Both the position numbers and the translations under genes were made by a program. A stretch of DNA of 64,000 bases, taken from Candidatus Falkowbacteria bacterium. Its GTDB lineage: Bacteria; Patescibacteriota; Patescibacteriia; JAACEG01. The DNA is taken from positions 6,625 to 70,624 of the forward strand of contig JABIDK010000014.1 of NCBI GenBank assembly GCA_018651725.1, in the 5' to 3' direction. The notes beneath the pieces are model-generated. The model saw nothing but the letters and a program-made list of their open reading frames with translations. It was not told where the DNA came from and made no database searches. Shown here piece after piece: positions 1 through 9,305 of this stretch (position 1 is its first letter; each line of letters starts with the position of its first letter).

Positions 1-1
1 G

Positions 2-685
2 AAAGAAGCTAAAGTCTACTTAGCTATACTTGAAATTGGTCGAGGTTCGGTTCAGTCTATTTCAAGAAGAGCTGACATAAAACGACCTACTACATATATA
101 ATTTTAGAAGACTTAAGAAGCAAGGGATTAGTTTCTTTAATTAAAGGAGCGGAAAAAGTAATTTATACCGCTGAGTCTCCTGAAAAAATACTAGAAGAGC
201 AAACAAAAAAAGAAAAAATAATAAAAGAAAATTTGCCGGAACTTTTAGCTATATTTAATACAAAAAAAGAAAAACCTAGGGTTAGATTTTATGAAGGAGA
301 AGAAAGAATTATTGATTTATATAATGAAATTTTTAAAAGCAAAAAAGTTGACATATTCGGCTCAATTAACGCTATTAGCTCAAATATTTTAGATAAAATA
401 TGGTGGAATCTAGAAAAAATCGAAAAGAAAAAAATTAAAGTTCGAGAAATACTACAAAATGACAAAGAATCAATTAAGTTTGCTAAAAAATACTCATCAA
501 AAATTCACCAAATAAAAATTACTCCAAAAAATTTCAAACTTCCTACAGATAATGTAATTTACAAAAATAAACTGGTAATTTTTTCATACAAAGATATTCC
601 AATGGCTGTAGTTATAGAAAGTAGTGATGTAGCAACAACATATAAAAACATTTTTGAACTACTTTGGGATAATTTAAAAAAATAA
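2..685 (+). CDS. TrmB-family transcriptional regulator (5'-truncated by window edge)
   Basis: Frame is open from base 2 (KEAKVYLAILEIGRGSVQSISRRADIKRPTTYIIL, TrmB-type HTH) and continues into ORF 233..685 (VRFYEG...IYKNKLVIFS...AVVIES). Confidence 0.8.
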   Translation, partial: KEAKVYLAILEIGRGSVQSISRRADIKRPTTYIILEDLRSKGLVSLIKGAEKVIYTAESPEKILEEQTKKEKIIKENLPELLAIFNTKKEKPRVRFYEGEERIIDLYNEIFKSKKVDIFGSINAISSNILDKIWWNLEKIEKKKIKVREILQNDKESIKFAKKYSSKIHQIKITPKNFKLPTDNVIYKNKLVIFSYKDIPMAVVIESSDVATTYKNIFELLWDNLKK

Positions 686-736
686 TTCTCTATCTTATCT
701 TCACTAATTTTAAGTATTACTTAATTCTAAACAATC

Positions 737-782
737 AAAAAAGTTGTAAAAAAATGCGATCGCAAATTTTTACAACTTTTTT
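737..782. terminator. Inverted repeat between convergent trmB-like gene and dnaN; probable bidirectional terminator
   Basis: AAAAAAGTTGTAAAAA...TTTTTACAACTTTTTT; a second hairpin AAAAAACCAAG...CTTGGTTTTTT lies at ~822-853. Confidence 0.6.
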
Positions 783-877
783 TACTGTGTTTAAATCTTA
801 ATCCACCCAAACAACACTGATAAAAAACCAAGCTAATGATAACTTGGTTTTTTTATATTTATGTTTATCACCGCCCT

Positions 878-894
878 ATCCCGCCTAGCGGGAT
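878..894. repeat. Short GC-rich palindrome (REP-like)
   Basis: ATCCCGC-CTA-GCGGGAT just past the dnaN stop. Confidence 0.5.
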
Positions 895-905
895 GTTTAT
901 ATATT

Positions 906-2063
906 TTACAACCTTATCGGCATTATTATATATAAATAGTTATTTTTTTCAGCTGAGCGTAAAACACAGGGTACATCTTTATTAATAACCTCTAAAATAA
1001 CGTCGTCTCCGTCAATATGTTGTAAGCCGTCCAGTAAATAATGGTAGTTAAGCACTATTTCATTATCTTCTCCTTTTATTTTTACTTGTAGTTTTGATAA
1101 ATTTTCTCCTGTTTCCGCGTTTGCTGAATAAACAGTTAATTCGTTACTGTCCTTTAAAAAATTCAATTTTATACTATCTATTTTGTTTTTAGTAAATAAA
1201 CTACTCTTTTTAACAGTGTTAATTAAGTCGTTTTTATTAACAATAATTTCTGTATTATGGTTTTCAGGAATAATCTCCTGATATTCAGGGTAATTACCCT
1301 CTATTAACCTGGAAATTAGCTCTATATTTTCATCTGCTCCAATTTTCGTATCGGAAAATGTAAATAAAATTTGATTATCATTAGAAATATAGATATTTAC
1401 ATCACCTTTATCGCTATTTTCTTCTGTTTCTTTTATTAAGCCTAAAATTCTTACTACTTCTTGCAGTGTTTTACCGGGAACGATAATTCTTTTGTCTTCA
1501 CCGCTATTTTTTAACGATATTTTTTGTTCTGCTAAACGATAACTATCGGTAGCAGCTACTGTTAACATCTTATTCTTACTATTAAAGTCAAAAACAGCGC
1601 CATTGATCTCCGGTCGAGAGCTTGTATTAGCAACAGCAAAGATAATTTTATTTAAACAGTCTTTAAAGTCTCTAACTGAAGTAGTGTATTTATTTTCTTT
1701 TTTAATCTCAGGAATAGTTGGAAAGTCTTGAGAGGAAACCCCTTTAAACCTTGTTTTATTATTTGAAGTAATCAACTCTATTTCATTGTCTTTTAAATTT
1801 AAATTAACTTGTTTATCTTTTATTAGATTAACATAGTCAGTAGTGGTTTTTGCTGGAATAGTAAAATTTCCATCGTTATCGATCTTTCCTCTTATAATAC
1901 AGTTAATACCCATCTCTAAATTAGTAGAGGTTAAAGTAATCACTCCTTGCTTTGCTTTTATTAAAACGTTATTTAGAATAGGAAGGTTAGGATTTTTATT
2001 TGATAGATTACTTACAATACTTAATCCTTGATTTAAGTTTTCTTGAGTACAAATTATTTTCAT
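906..2063 (-). CDS. dnaN: DNA polymerase III beta sliding clamp
   Basis: LPILNNVLI, ATDSYRLAE, SRLIEGNYPEY and C-terminal YIIMPIRL motifs; directly downstream of dnaA. Confidence 0.97.
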   Translation of the reverse strand: MKIICTQENLNQGLSIVSNLSNKNPNLPILNNVLIKAKQGVITLTSTNLEMGINCIIRGKIDNDGNFTIPAKTTTDYVNLIKDKQVNLNLKDNEIELITSNNKTRFKGVSSQDFPTIPEIKKENKYTTSVRDFKDCLNKIIFAVANTSSRPEINGAVFDFNSKNKMLTVAATDSYRLAEQKISLKNSGEDKRIIVPGKTLQEVVRILGLIKETEENSDKGDVNIYISNDNQILFTFSDTKIGADENIELISRLIEGNYPEYQEIIPENHNTEIIVNKNDLINTVKKSSLFTKNKIDSIKLNFLKDSNELTVYSANAETGENLSKLQVKIKGEDNEIVLNYHYLLDGLQHIDGDDVILEVINKDVPCVLRSAEKNNYLYIIMPIRL

Positions 2064-2079
2064 ATTTGGTGGTAGCCCC

Positions 2080-2350
2080 TTATTAGTATTATAATTATAT
2101 TATATATTAATATAATAGTATTAATAATAGAGTGGATAACTGAAGTAATTGGTGTTTTAGTTATTGTTTAAAACAAAATCCTTGTTGATAACAGTGTGAA
2201 TACTTTGTTGATAACTATGTGAATAAAATATGTGGAAAAAGTTTTTTGAAAATCGGTTAACTTAATAACATTTTATTCACAACTTTTCCAGATAGTTATA
2301 CAGGAAAATACATAATTATATCAACAGCTTATCAACACCTTATCCACAAT
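2080..2350. other. Replication origin oriC (dnaA-dnaN intergenic)
   Basis: TTWTNCACA boxes at 2218-2226(-), 2231-2239(-), 2273-2281(+), 2340-2348(+), near matches at 2131, 2183, 2195, 2206, 2284, 2318, 2329; AT-rich unwinding element 2081-2130 ending in TAA-TAG-TAT-TAA-TAA-TAG trios next to the box at 2131. Confidence 0.9.
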
Positions 2351-2360
2351 AAATTTATTT

Positions 2361-3704
2361 TTAAAACGAGCTGTAAATTTTTTGTTTTATTGTTTCTATA
2401 TTTTGCTTTAAAGATTCGTCTATTTCCAATTGAGCCTCTATTTTATTGCAAGCATGCATTGCTGTTGTGTGATCTCGTCCGCCAAGCTCTTGTCCAATGG
2501 CTGGGTATGAACTTTTCATTTCTTCTCTCATTAAATACATTGTTATTTGACGAGGACCAACTAAGTGTTTTTTTCGACAAGCTCCAATTAAATCATTAAC
2601 GGAAATACTGTAAAAATCAGTAACAATTTTAAATAATGTTTTTACATGAAACGATTTTTTTTGTGGAAGGCTTTTAAGGTTGATTAAAACCTTCCCTACA
2701 CTTTCTAAGTCTGGAGTAATATCTTTTATTTCATGAAAAGCTATTATTTTATTTAATGCCCCCTCTAATTCTCTGACATTACTTTTTATATTACTGGCTA
2801 AAAAATCAATAACTTCATTTTTTATTTTAAAATTTTTCTCTTTTGCTTTATATTTTAAGATAGCACTTCTTGTTTCGAAGTCAGGACTTGAAACATCGGC
2901 TATCATCCCCCATTCAAAACGAGAAATCAACCTATCTTCCAAGGTAGCGATTGATTTTGGTGGTCTATCAGAGGTTAAAATTATTTGTTTATTAGCCTGA
3001 TGTAATTCATTAAAAGTGTGGAAAAAAGCCTCTTGAGTTTGCTCTTTTCCGCTTAAAAACTGGATATCATCAACTAATAGAACGTCTATTTTTCTATATC
3101 TTTCTTTAAAACTCTTAGTGTTGTTAACGGATAAAGCCTGAATAAAGTCGTTAACGAATTTTTCACAAGGAACATAAAGTATTTTTGACGAAGGATTTTT
3201 TTTAAAAATTTCATTACCAACTGCTTGCATCAAATGAGTTTTCCCTAAGCCAACTCCCCCGTAAATAAACAAAGGATTATAAGCTTCACCAGGCTTTTTA
3301 ACAATTGCTCTTGAAGCTGCCTGAGCGAGCTCGTTTCCTTTTCCAATAATATAATTTTGAAAGGTGTATTTAGGGTTAAGGCCGGCACTAAAAAGATTGT
3401 TTTGTTCTAAAGAGACACTTTTTTGTGTTGGCTTGGATTCTTCGGGTTTTTTTGAAGTAGGTATTATTTTATAGTCTATTTTTACGCTTCGGTTGTCGGT
3501 AATATTTTCTACAGCCTTAGCAATTAAATTTTGATATTTATCTTCAAACCATTTTTTAGTAAAAGCATTAGGAACAGCAATAACAACTAAGTTTTTTTCA
3601 TTATAATGTACATAGGTTTGCTTAAACCAAGTAGTAAAATTAGGCTTACTGATAAGAAGCTCCATTTCTCCTAAAATAGCTTGCCAAAGTTGTTGGTTGT
3701 CCAT
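2361..3704 (-). CDS. dnaA: Chromosomal replication initiator DnaA
   Basis: YNPLFIYGGVGLGKTHL, LLVDDIQF, NVRELEGAL, GGRDHTT. Start trimmed to MDNQQLW at 3704. Confidence 0.98.
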   Translation of the reverse strand: MDNQQLWQAILGEMELLISKPNFTTWFKQTYVHYNEKNLVVIAVPNAFTKKWFEDKYQNLIAKAVENITDNRSVKIDYKIIPTSKKPEESKPTQKSVSLEQNNLFSAGLNPKYTFQNYIIGKGNELAQAASRAIVKKPGEAYNPLFIYGGVGLGKTHLMQAVGNEIFKKNPSSKILYVPCEKFVNDFIQALSVNNTKSFKERYRKIDVLLVDDIQFLSGKEQTQEAFFHTFNELHQANKQIILTSDRPPKSIATLEDRLISRFEWGMIADVSSPDFETRSAILKYKAKEKNFKIKNEVIDFLASNIKSNVRELEGALNKIIAFHEIKDITPDLESVGKVLINLKSLPQKKSFHVKTLFKIVTDFYSISVNDLIGACRKKHLVGPRQITMYLMREEMKSSYPAIGQELGGRDHTTAMHACNKIEAQLEIDESLKQNIETIKQKIYSSF

Positions 3705-3759
3705 AGGAAAAAGTTTAAAGGTTGTTTTTATGATAGTATTAAATTTATTATAATGCAAG

Positions 3760-3821
3760 TTTTCAACAATGTAAAATAAAATGGGGATATAAAATAAACC
3801 ATGTGTATAACCTGTGGATAG
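3760..3821. promoter_or_regulatory. DnaA boxes upstream of dnaA (autoregulation or second origin sub-region)
   Basis: TGTGTATAA 3802-3810 (consensus), TGTGGATAG 3813-3821, TTTTCAACA 3760-3768. Confidence 0.65.
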
Positions 3822-3975
3822 AGAGGGGAGAAAAATTATTAATATTATTTGATAGTTATTATTAGGTTCTTGATTTTAAAATAATTAAACCGTATACTTT
3901 TAATATAAAGAGGATAAAAAATAACTTTACTTATGGAAAACCATAATTTTTTAAAACAAGCAAATTAAAAAGCCT

Positions 3976-6048
3976 ATGCAAAAAGAAACAATTTACCAAC
4001 CAGAAAAAGAAACAGAACATTTATCCTTAACCAAAGAACAAAAACAAGTCGTCGGTGGCATCACCCTTGGAATGGAAGAGGTTGATCAAAGAGCCCACGA
4101 TATGGATGATGACGTGGTTGAAACCTTGGAAAATGGCCATCCGCTCAATAAATTAATAACAGGAGAAAATAACGAAGTTTTGGGATATGTTGCTTGCGAG
4201 GACTTTGTCTCTGGAGAAGCGTATATAAAATACTTTGGCTCAACCGAAAATTTAAAAACCAATCTTTTCAAAGAACTACCGGCTTTTTTTGAATATGCTA
4301 AACAAAAAGGATATAGCAAGCTTAATTTTCACGGTTGGAATAAACGTTTAAACCATGCTTTGGAGCGATTTGGCTTTGAACACCTTCGCACCGATTCTAT
4401 GGACGATATTAGCGCTGACTTTTACGAAAAAGCGTTAACCAAAGAAAAAGACAAAAAAACAATAGCTGAAGAACGGAAAAAAGCCTTTGAGCAAAAATAT
4501 ATCAACAAGATAAAAAAAGAATACGAACGAACCTTAAAAACATTTAGAGAAGAAGATCAACAACAAAAAGAACAGCAAATCTCAGAAGCCTTTGAAACTT
4601 TAAATAAACGCTTAATAAGTAATGAAGATTTTGAAATTAAGGAAAAGCAAGAAGTAATTCTTAAACTGAAACTGGCGCGCTACTTTCAAAGCAACGAAAC
4701 TTGCGACACAAGCACACTTTATGACGCTATAGTGGAAACTTCAAAATTTATTAACACCGACAAAGGCTCTCTTAATCATTTATTTGAAATACACGAACAA
4801 AAAACTTTGGAAAAAATCGCTCAAATACGAAAACAAAGAGCTGAGATGAGCAACGAGGAAGGTTTTAATCCTTACGAAGCATTATTACGAACAGATTCCA
4901 AGGAGTATTATCTGGCACGCTTGCTTAATATGCCTCATTTGGAAGAAGAATCAGAGTATATGCGAAACTGCGTCGGCACCAGTGATTCTTATATTAATCA
5001 AATGAAGCGCGGAGAAATTGAGATTTTATCGCTTCGCCACACTAAAGAAGGAGGACAAGGAGAGCCGGATGCGCCGATTATGACGATTGAATATGACCCA
5101 AAAGAAAAAGTTATTAAGCAAATGAAAACAGCCAATGATGAATATCTGAGAAAAGACGACCCTTACTACCACGAAGTGATTGACGCGCTTAAAAAACTAA
5201 CTCAAACAACAACCGACATAGGAGAAAAAAGAGAAATTAAAGAAATATCAAAAAGCGAACTGGAAAATATTGAAGTTAAAGACTATCATTTCTTAACTGA
5301 GGACGGAGAAGTTGATTTTCATGATTTTGACCCAGATTCAGGAATTTTTGTTTTGAAAACGGGTAAAATGGATATAAACCAAGATATTCCAAAACAAGAT
5401 GCAGCAAAAATTTTAAAAATAGTTGAAGATATTGAAGTTGAACCGCAAGAAATTGCTTGTGGAATAGACGAAATCAACAAAAACACCAAAGCCTATATTG
5501 GCGAGTGGAACCCACAAATCTACCAGGAAATCAGAAAATACCTGAATATTGAGCATCTCTACGAATCTTTTCCAGACAAAAAAATATTTATGCAAACCTT
5601 GGAAACCGATCCAGGCATCAATTCTCCGGAAACAGCCGAAAAAGCGCTAGAAGACGAAAATATATATCTCACGAATCGGGCAAAAGATATTTTAAAACAA
5701 ACAGAGTTCAGCAAAGAAAAACAAAACTATGAACTGGTTAGATTTACAGTTGAACAGCTTGGACTTCCAAATGGAGTGACAATCAAAGAAATTCGTGAAA
5801 AATTAGAAGAGCTTAAACTGGAGCTCTGCCAGGCTGAAGTAGGACCACAGCTTAGATTAAAGTATCCGGGGAAAGAGTGGTTGTTTATTGCCATGGAACC
5901 TATTACCGGCTCCGATGGCGATCCGGGCGTGTTCTATCTGCACGAGGATGTCGGGCGGCTGGAGCTCGATGCCGATGACGCTCGGCCCGGCAGCAGGTGG
6001 GATGCGGGCTGCAGGTTCGTCTTCCGTCCCCGCAAGTTAGATTCTTAG
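3976..6048 (+). CDS. Multidomain protein: GNAT-like N-terminus, PcfJ-like middle, C-terminal putative DGR-variable (CLec-like) domain
   Basis: 690-aa ORF; LEEESEYMRNCVG resembles the PcfJ-like motif; C-terminus LELCQAEVGPQLRL...AMEPI...RW....RFVFRPRK with an abruptly GC-rich, A-poor 3' end. Confidence 0.7.
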   Translation: MQKETIYQPEKETEHLSLTKEQKQVVGGITLGMEEVDQRAHDMDDDVVETLENGHPLNKLITGENNEVLGYVACEDFVSGEAYIKYFGSTENLKTNLFKELPAFFEYAKQKGYSKLNFHGWNKRLNHALERFGFEHLRTDSMDDISADFYEKALTKEKDKKTIAEERKKAFEQKYINKIKKEYERTLKTFREEDQQQKEQQISEAFETLNKRLISNEDFEIKEKQEVILKLKLARYFQSNETCDTSTLYDAIVETSKFINTDKGSLNHLFEIHEQKTLEKIAQIRKQRAEMSNEEGFNPYEALLRTDSKEYYLARLLNMPHLEEESEYMRNCVGTSDSYINQMKRGEIEILSLRHTKEGGQGEPDAPIMTIEYDPKEKVIKQMKTANDEYLRKDDPYYHEVIDALKKLTQTTTDIGEKREIKEISKSELENIEVKDYHFLTEDGEVDFHDFDPDSGIFVLKTGKMDINQDIPKQDAAKILKIVEDIEVEPQEIACGIDEINKNTKAYIGEWNPQIYQEIRKYLNIEHLYESFPDKKIFMQTLETDPGINSPETAEKALEDENIYLTNRAKDILKQTEFSKEKQNYELVRFTVEQLGLPNGVTIKEIREKLEELKLELCQAEVGPQLRLKYPGKEWLFIAMEPITGSDGDPGVFYLHEDVGRLELDADDARPGSRWDAGCRFVFRPRKLDS
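5905..6036 (+). other. Putative DGR variable region (VR)
   Basis: Hand count 90/132 G+C and 17/132 A within an otherwise A-rich gene; many NNC/NNT/NNG codons between invariant-looking A-free codons. Confidence 0.65.
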
Positions 6049-6180
6049 GAACTTTTACTCTTTATAATATTTGATACTTTGAGATTTAGATACTTTGACA
6101 CTTTTTTGCAAGGAAATATTTTCCCTTAACTTTTTAAAATACGATATTATACAAATACCTTAACAGAATTGTTATATTTT

Positions 6181-6240
6181 ATGTCTAATTTTGCTGAAAA
6201 AGTGTTAAGATTAACAAGACGACAAAAGAGTAATGCTTAA
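6181..6240 (+). pseudogene. Possible 5' stub of an MGMT/ATL-like gene
   Basis: MSNFAEKVLRLTRRQKSNA* resembles the MxxFxEKVxxxxxxIP start of small MGMT/ATL proteins; recognised from memory only. Confidence 0.3.
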
Positions 6241-6357
6241 TTTGATTTTTAAATAAAAATAATTTATACTAATAGTAATTTACAACTACAAATTTTATCC
6301 GAATTCTCAGAGAATGAATTACTTGAATTGTTTTTACAGTCTTCGGGTCATGGTATT

Positions 6358-8169
6358 ATGAAAAATATTTTGAAGAATTTTTTAATTGTTTTTTTTGTTA
6401 TTTTAATGGTGGCCGGGTTTATTAGTTTGTACTCTGAACCTAAAGAAGAGGTGGAGAAAATTAGTATTATTAAGTTAATAGAAGAGGTTAATAATGAAGA
6501 GGTGGAAGAGATTATTGTTGAGAACGATATTTTAAATATTGTTTTATATTCTGGTGAAAAACAAAAAACTAAGAAAGAGGGGGTAGAGTCGCTTTCGGCC
6601 TTGTTTAAAAATTTGGAAGTTTCGCCGGAAAAAACAAAAAAAATTAACATTACAATAAAAGAAGAGTCTGGAACAAGTACTTTTGTAAATAATATTTTGC
6701 CGTTTTTAATTCCGTTCTTACTTATCGGTTTTTTTATCTTTTTTATGATGCGTCAAGTTCAAGGAATGAACAAAAGAGCAATGGGCTTTGGGCAGACAAA
6801 GGCTAAAGAAATAAAAAAAGACGGAAATCAAAAAATTACCTTTAAAAATGTGGCTGGTGTGAAAGAAGCCAAAGAAGAGCTGTTTGAAGTGGTTGACTTT
6901 TTAAAGGACTCTAAAAAATTTACTGATTTAGGAGCTAAAATTCCTAAAGGAGTTTTATTGCTTGGCCCTCCTGGGGTAGGGAAAACATTGTTAGCTAGAG
7001 CTGTGGCCGGAGAAGCAGGAGTCCCGTTTTTTCATATCTCCGGATCTGAATTTGTGGAGATGTTTGTTGGAGTTGGCGCATCTAGGGTGCGGGATTTGTT
7101 TGGTAAAGCCAAAAAAAACGCGCCATCGATTTTATTTATCGATGAAATTGATGCCGTTGGTAGAAGAAGAGGCTCCGGCATGGGTGGATCGCACGACGAA
7201 AGAGAGCAAACACTAAATCAAATATTAGTAGAGATGGACGGTTTTGAGCCTCATATGAATGTTATTGTTATTGCCGCCACTAACAGGCCCGATGTTTTGG
7301 ATCCGGCGTTACTTAGACCGGGAAGATTTGATAGAAGAGTAATGTTGGACTTGCCGGATATCAACGATAGAGAATCTATTTTAAAGGTCCATGTTCAGAA
7401 AAAACCTTTAGAAAAAAATGTTTCTTTAAGAGAGGTAGCCGAACGAACGCCGGGATTTTCTGGAGCTGATCTAGAAAATTTATTAAATGAAGCCGCTATC
7501 TTAACAGTTAGAAGAAATAAGAAAAAAGTAGGTAATAAAGAATTGTTAGAAAGTATCGAAAAAGTTTTATTGGGTCCGGAGCGAAAAAGTCATATCTTAG
7601 GTAAAGAAGAGAAAAAAATAACCGCCTACCACGAAGCCGGACACGCTCTGGTAGCTAAAATGTTGCCTAACACTGACCCTGTTCATAAGGTTTCTATTAT
7701 CTCTCGCGGTAAAGCAGCCGGTTACACTCTTAAACTACCCCGAGAAGACAGGGTGTTTAGAACAAAATCTAATTTTGTTGATGAACTATCTGTATTTTTG
7801 GCCGGTTATATGGCGGAAAAACTCCATTTTGGAGAGGTTACCACAGGCGCTACCAACGATCTTCGCCAAGCAACTGGTCTTGCTAAAAAACTAATTACCG
7901 AGTTTGGTATGGCTGAAAATTTACCCCCACGTACCTATGGAGCAAAAGAAGAAATGATTTTTTTAGGTCGTGAAATTCACGAACAAAAAGATTACAGTGA
8001 GAAAGTAGCTGAAGAGATAGATAAAGAAGTGGCTGATTTTATTAAAAACGCGCAAAAAACAGCTGAAGATATTTTAGTGAAAAATAAAGAAAAATTAAAA
8101 GAAATAGTCACAACACTTATTAAAAAAGAAACCATCGAAAGAGAGGAATTTGATAAGATGTTTAAATAA
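6358..8169 (+). CDS. ftsH: ATP-dependent zinc metalloprotease FtsH
   Basis: Two TM helices, [24 protein letters not shown] zinc motif; ATG at 6358. Confidence 0.97.
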   Translation: MKNILKNFLIVFFVILMVAGFISLYSEPKEEVEKISIIKLIEEVNNEEVEEIIVENDILNIVLYSGEKQKTKKEGVESLSALFKNLEVSPEKTKKINITIKEESGTSTFVNNILPFLIPFLLIGFFIFFMMRQVQGMNKRAMGFGQTKAKEIKKDGNQKITFKNVAGVKEAKEELFEVVDFLKDSKKFTDLGAKIPKGVLLLGPPGVGKTLLARAVAGEAGVPFFHISGSEFVEMFVGVGASRVRDLFGKAKKNAPSILFIDEIDAVGRRRGSGMGGSHDEREQTLNQILVEMDGFEPHMNVIVIAATNRPDVLDPALLRPGRFDRRVMLDLPDINDRESILKVHVQKKPLEKNVSLREVAERTPGFSGADLENLLNEAAILTVRRNKKKVGNKELLESIEKVLLGPERKSHILGKEEKKITAYHEAGHALVAKMLPNTDPVHKVSIISRGKAAGYTLKLPREDRVFRTKSNFVDELSVFLAGYMAEKLHFGEVTTGATNDLRQATGLAKKLITEFGMAENLPPRTYGAKEEMIFLGREIHEQKDYSEKVAEEIDKEVADFIKNAQKTAEDILVKNKEKLKEIVTTLIKKETIEREEFDKMFK

Positions 8170-8263
8170 TCATTATTTAATTTAAAGTATTTATTAAAAT
8201 ACCTACGACCTTAGCTGCATTTAAATTTAAAATTTAAATTGGTTGAGTTGTGGAGGGAGGTTT

Positions 8264-9268
8264 ATGAATATGAATAATAATTTTTATTTCCAAGCTTTAA
8301 CCAATTCTTGGAAGTTGGTTTGGAAAAATAAAATTTTGTGGTTTTTCGGCTTGTTCGCTATCTTTTTAGGAGGAGTGGAATGGAGCAATCTCTTGTCTAG
8401 AGATTTTTTAGGAATGTTTAAGATTAACAGTGTTGTTTCTTATCTTTCAAGTATAGGTGTTTTTAGTGGAGAGTTTTTACTGAATATTAAGGCAGTGGCA
8501 GTGACTAATCCTTTTTCTCTTGTAATGATTTTATTTATCTTTGGTATTTTTATTGCTTTGTTCGTTGCGCTTTTGTGGGTTTCAGTTGTGTCTCAAGGAA
8601 GTCTTGTTTATTCTGTTTTTGAACTTGATCATAAAACAAAGATAAACACTTTTAAGAGCATGGCCATTGGTAGACAAAACTTTTGGCAAATTTTAAGTTT
8701 AAATATTGTAGATAAATATGTTGTTTGGACTTGCTCTATTTTACTTGGTTTTTTTGGCACGGAAATTTTTATTCAGAAGTCAGCACTTACGGCTATAACA
8801 CTTCTTATTATCTCTGTTTTAATTTTAGTTATTTTAGTATTAACGGCTTTTATTATTAAATATGCTCTTGCTTTTGTGGTTTTAAAAGCACAAAATCCTT
8901 TTTTAGCAATTAAAAACGCCTTTATTTTATTTTTTAGAAATTTATTAATAAATATAGAAATGGCAGCTTTTTTATTTTTAGTTAACTATGTTTTTAGAAT
9001 ACTGGCTATTTGGATTGTTGTTATTTTAATGATTCCATTAACGTCTCTTGGCAGTTTTAGTTTATATTTATCGGGTGGTATTAGCTTTGGTTTTTATGCT
9101 ATTTTTATACCATTTTTTATCAGCGTACTTTTGTTGTGGTTTTTCTCTATTTTAACAGCCTACAACTATTCAATTTGGACTTTAATGTTTATGTCTTTAA
9201 CAGGAGATAGAAAAACCAGTTCCAGTATTATTAAAAAATATATTGGAAAAATAATTAAGAAGAGTTAA
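8264..9268 (+). CDS. Multi-pass membrane protein, unknown function
   Basis: About 7 hydrophobic segments; GGAGGGAGG SD before ATG 8264. Confidence 0.75.
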   Translation: MNMNNNFYFQALTNSWKLVWKNKILWFFGLFAIFLGGVEWSNLLSRDFLGMFKINSVVSYLSSIGVFSGEFLLNIKAVAVTNPFSLVMILFIFGIFIALFVALLWVSVVSQGSLVYSVFELDHKTKINTFKSMAIGRQNFWQILSLNIVDKYVVWTCSILLGFFGTEIFIQKSALTAITLLIISVLILVILVLTAFIIKYALAFVVLKAQNPFLAIKNAFILFFRNLLINIEMAAFLFLVNYVFRILAIWIVVILMIPLTSLGSFSLYLSGGISFGFYAIFIPFFISVLLLWFFSILTAYNYSIWTLMFMSLTGDRKTSSSIIKKYIGKIIKKS

Positions 9269-9305
9269 TTAATAGATTTATTATATAATAAATCTAACAA
9301 ACTAT

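Noticed and set aside
3705-3758. Longer N-termini given by the ORF track for dnaA, and likewise ftsH, nusB, smc, dCMP deaminase and the methyltransferase
   Set aside because: Extensions run through promoter or leader DNA or overlap neighbours; downstream ATGs match family N-termini.
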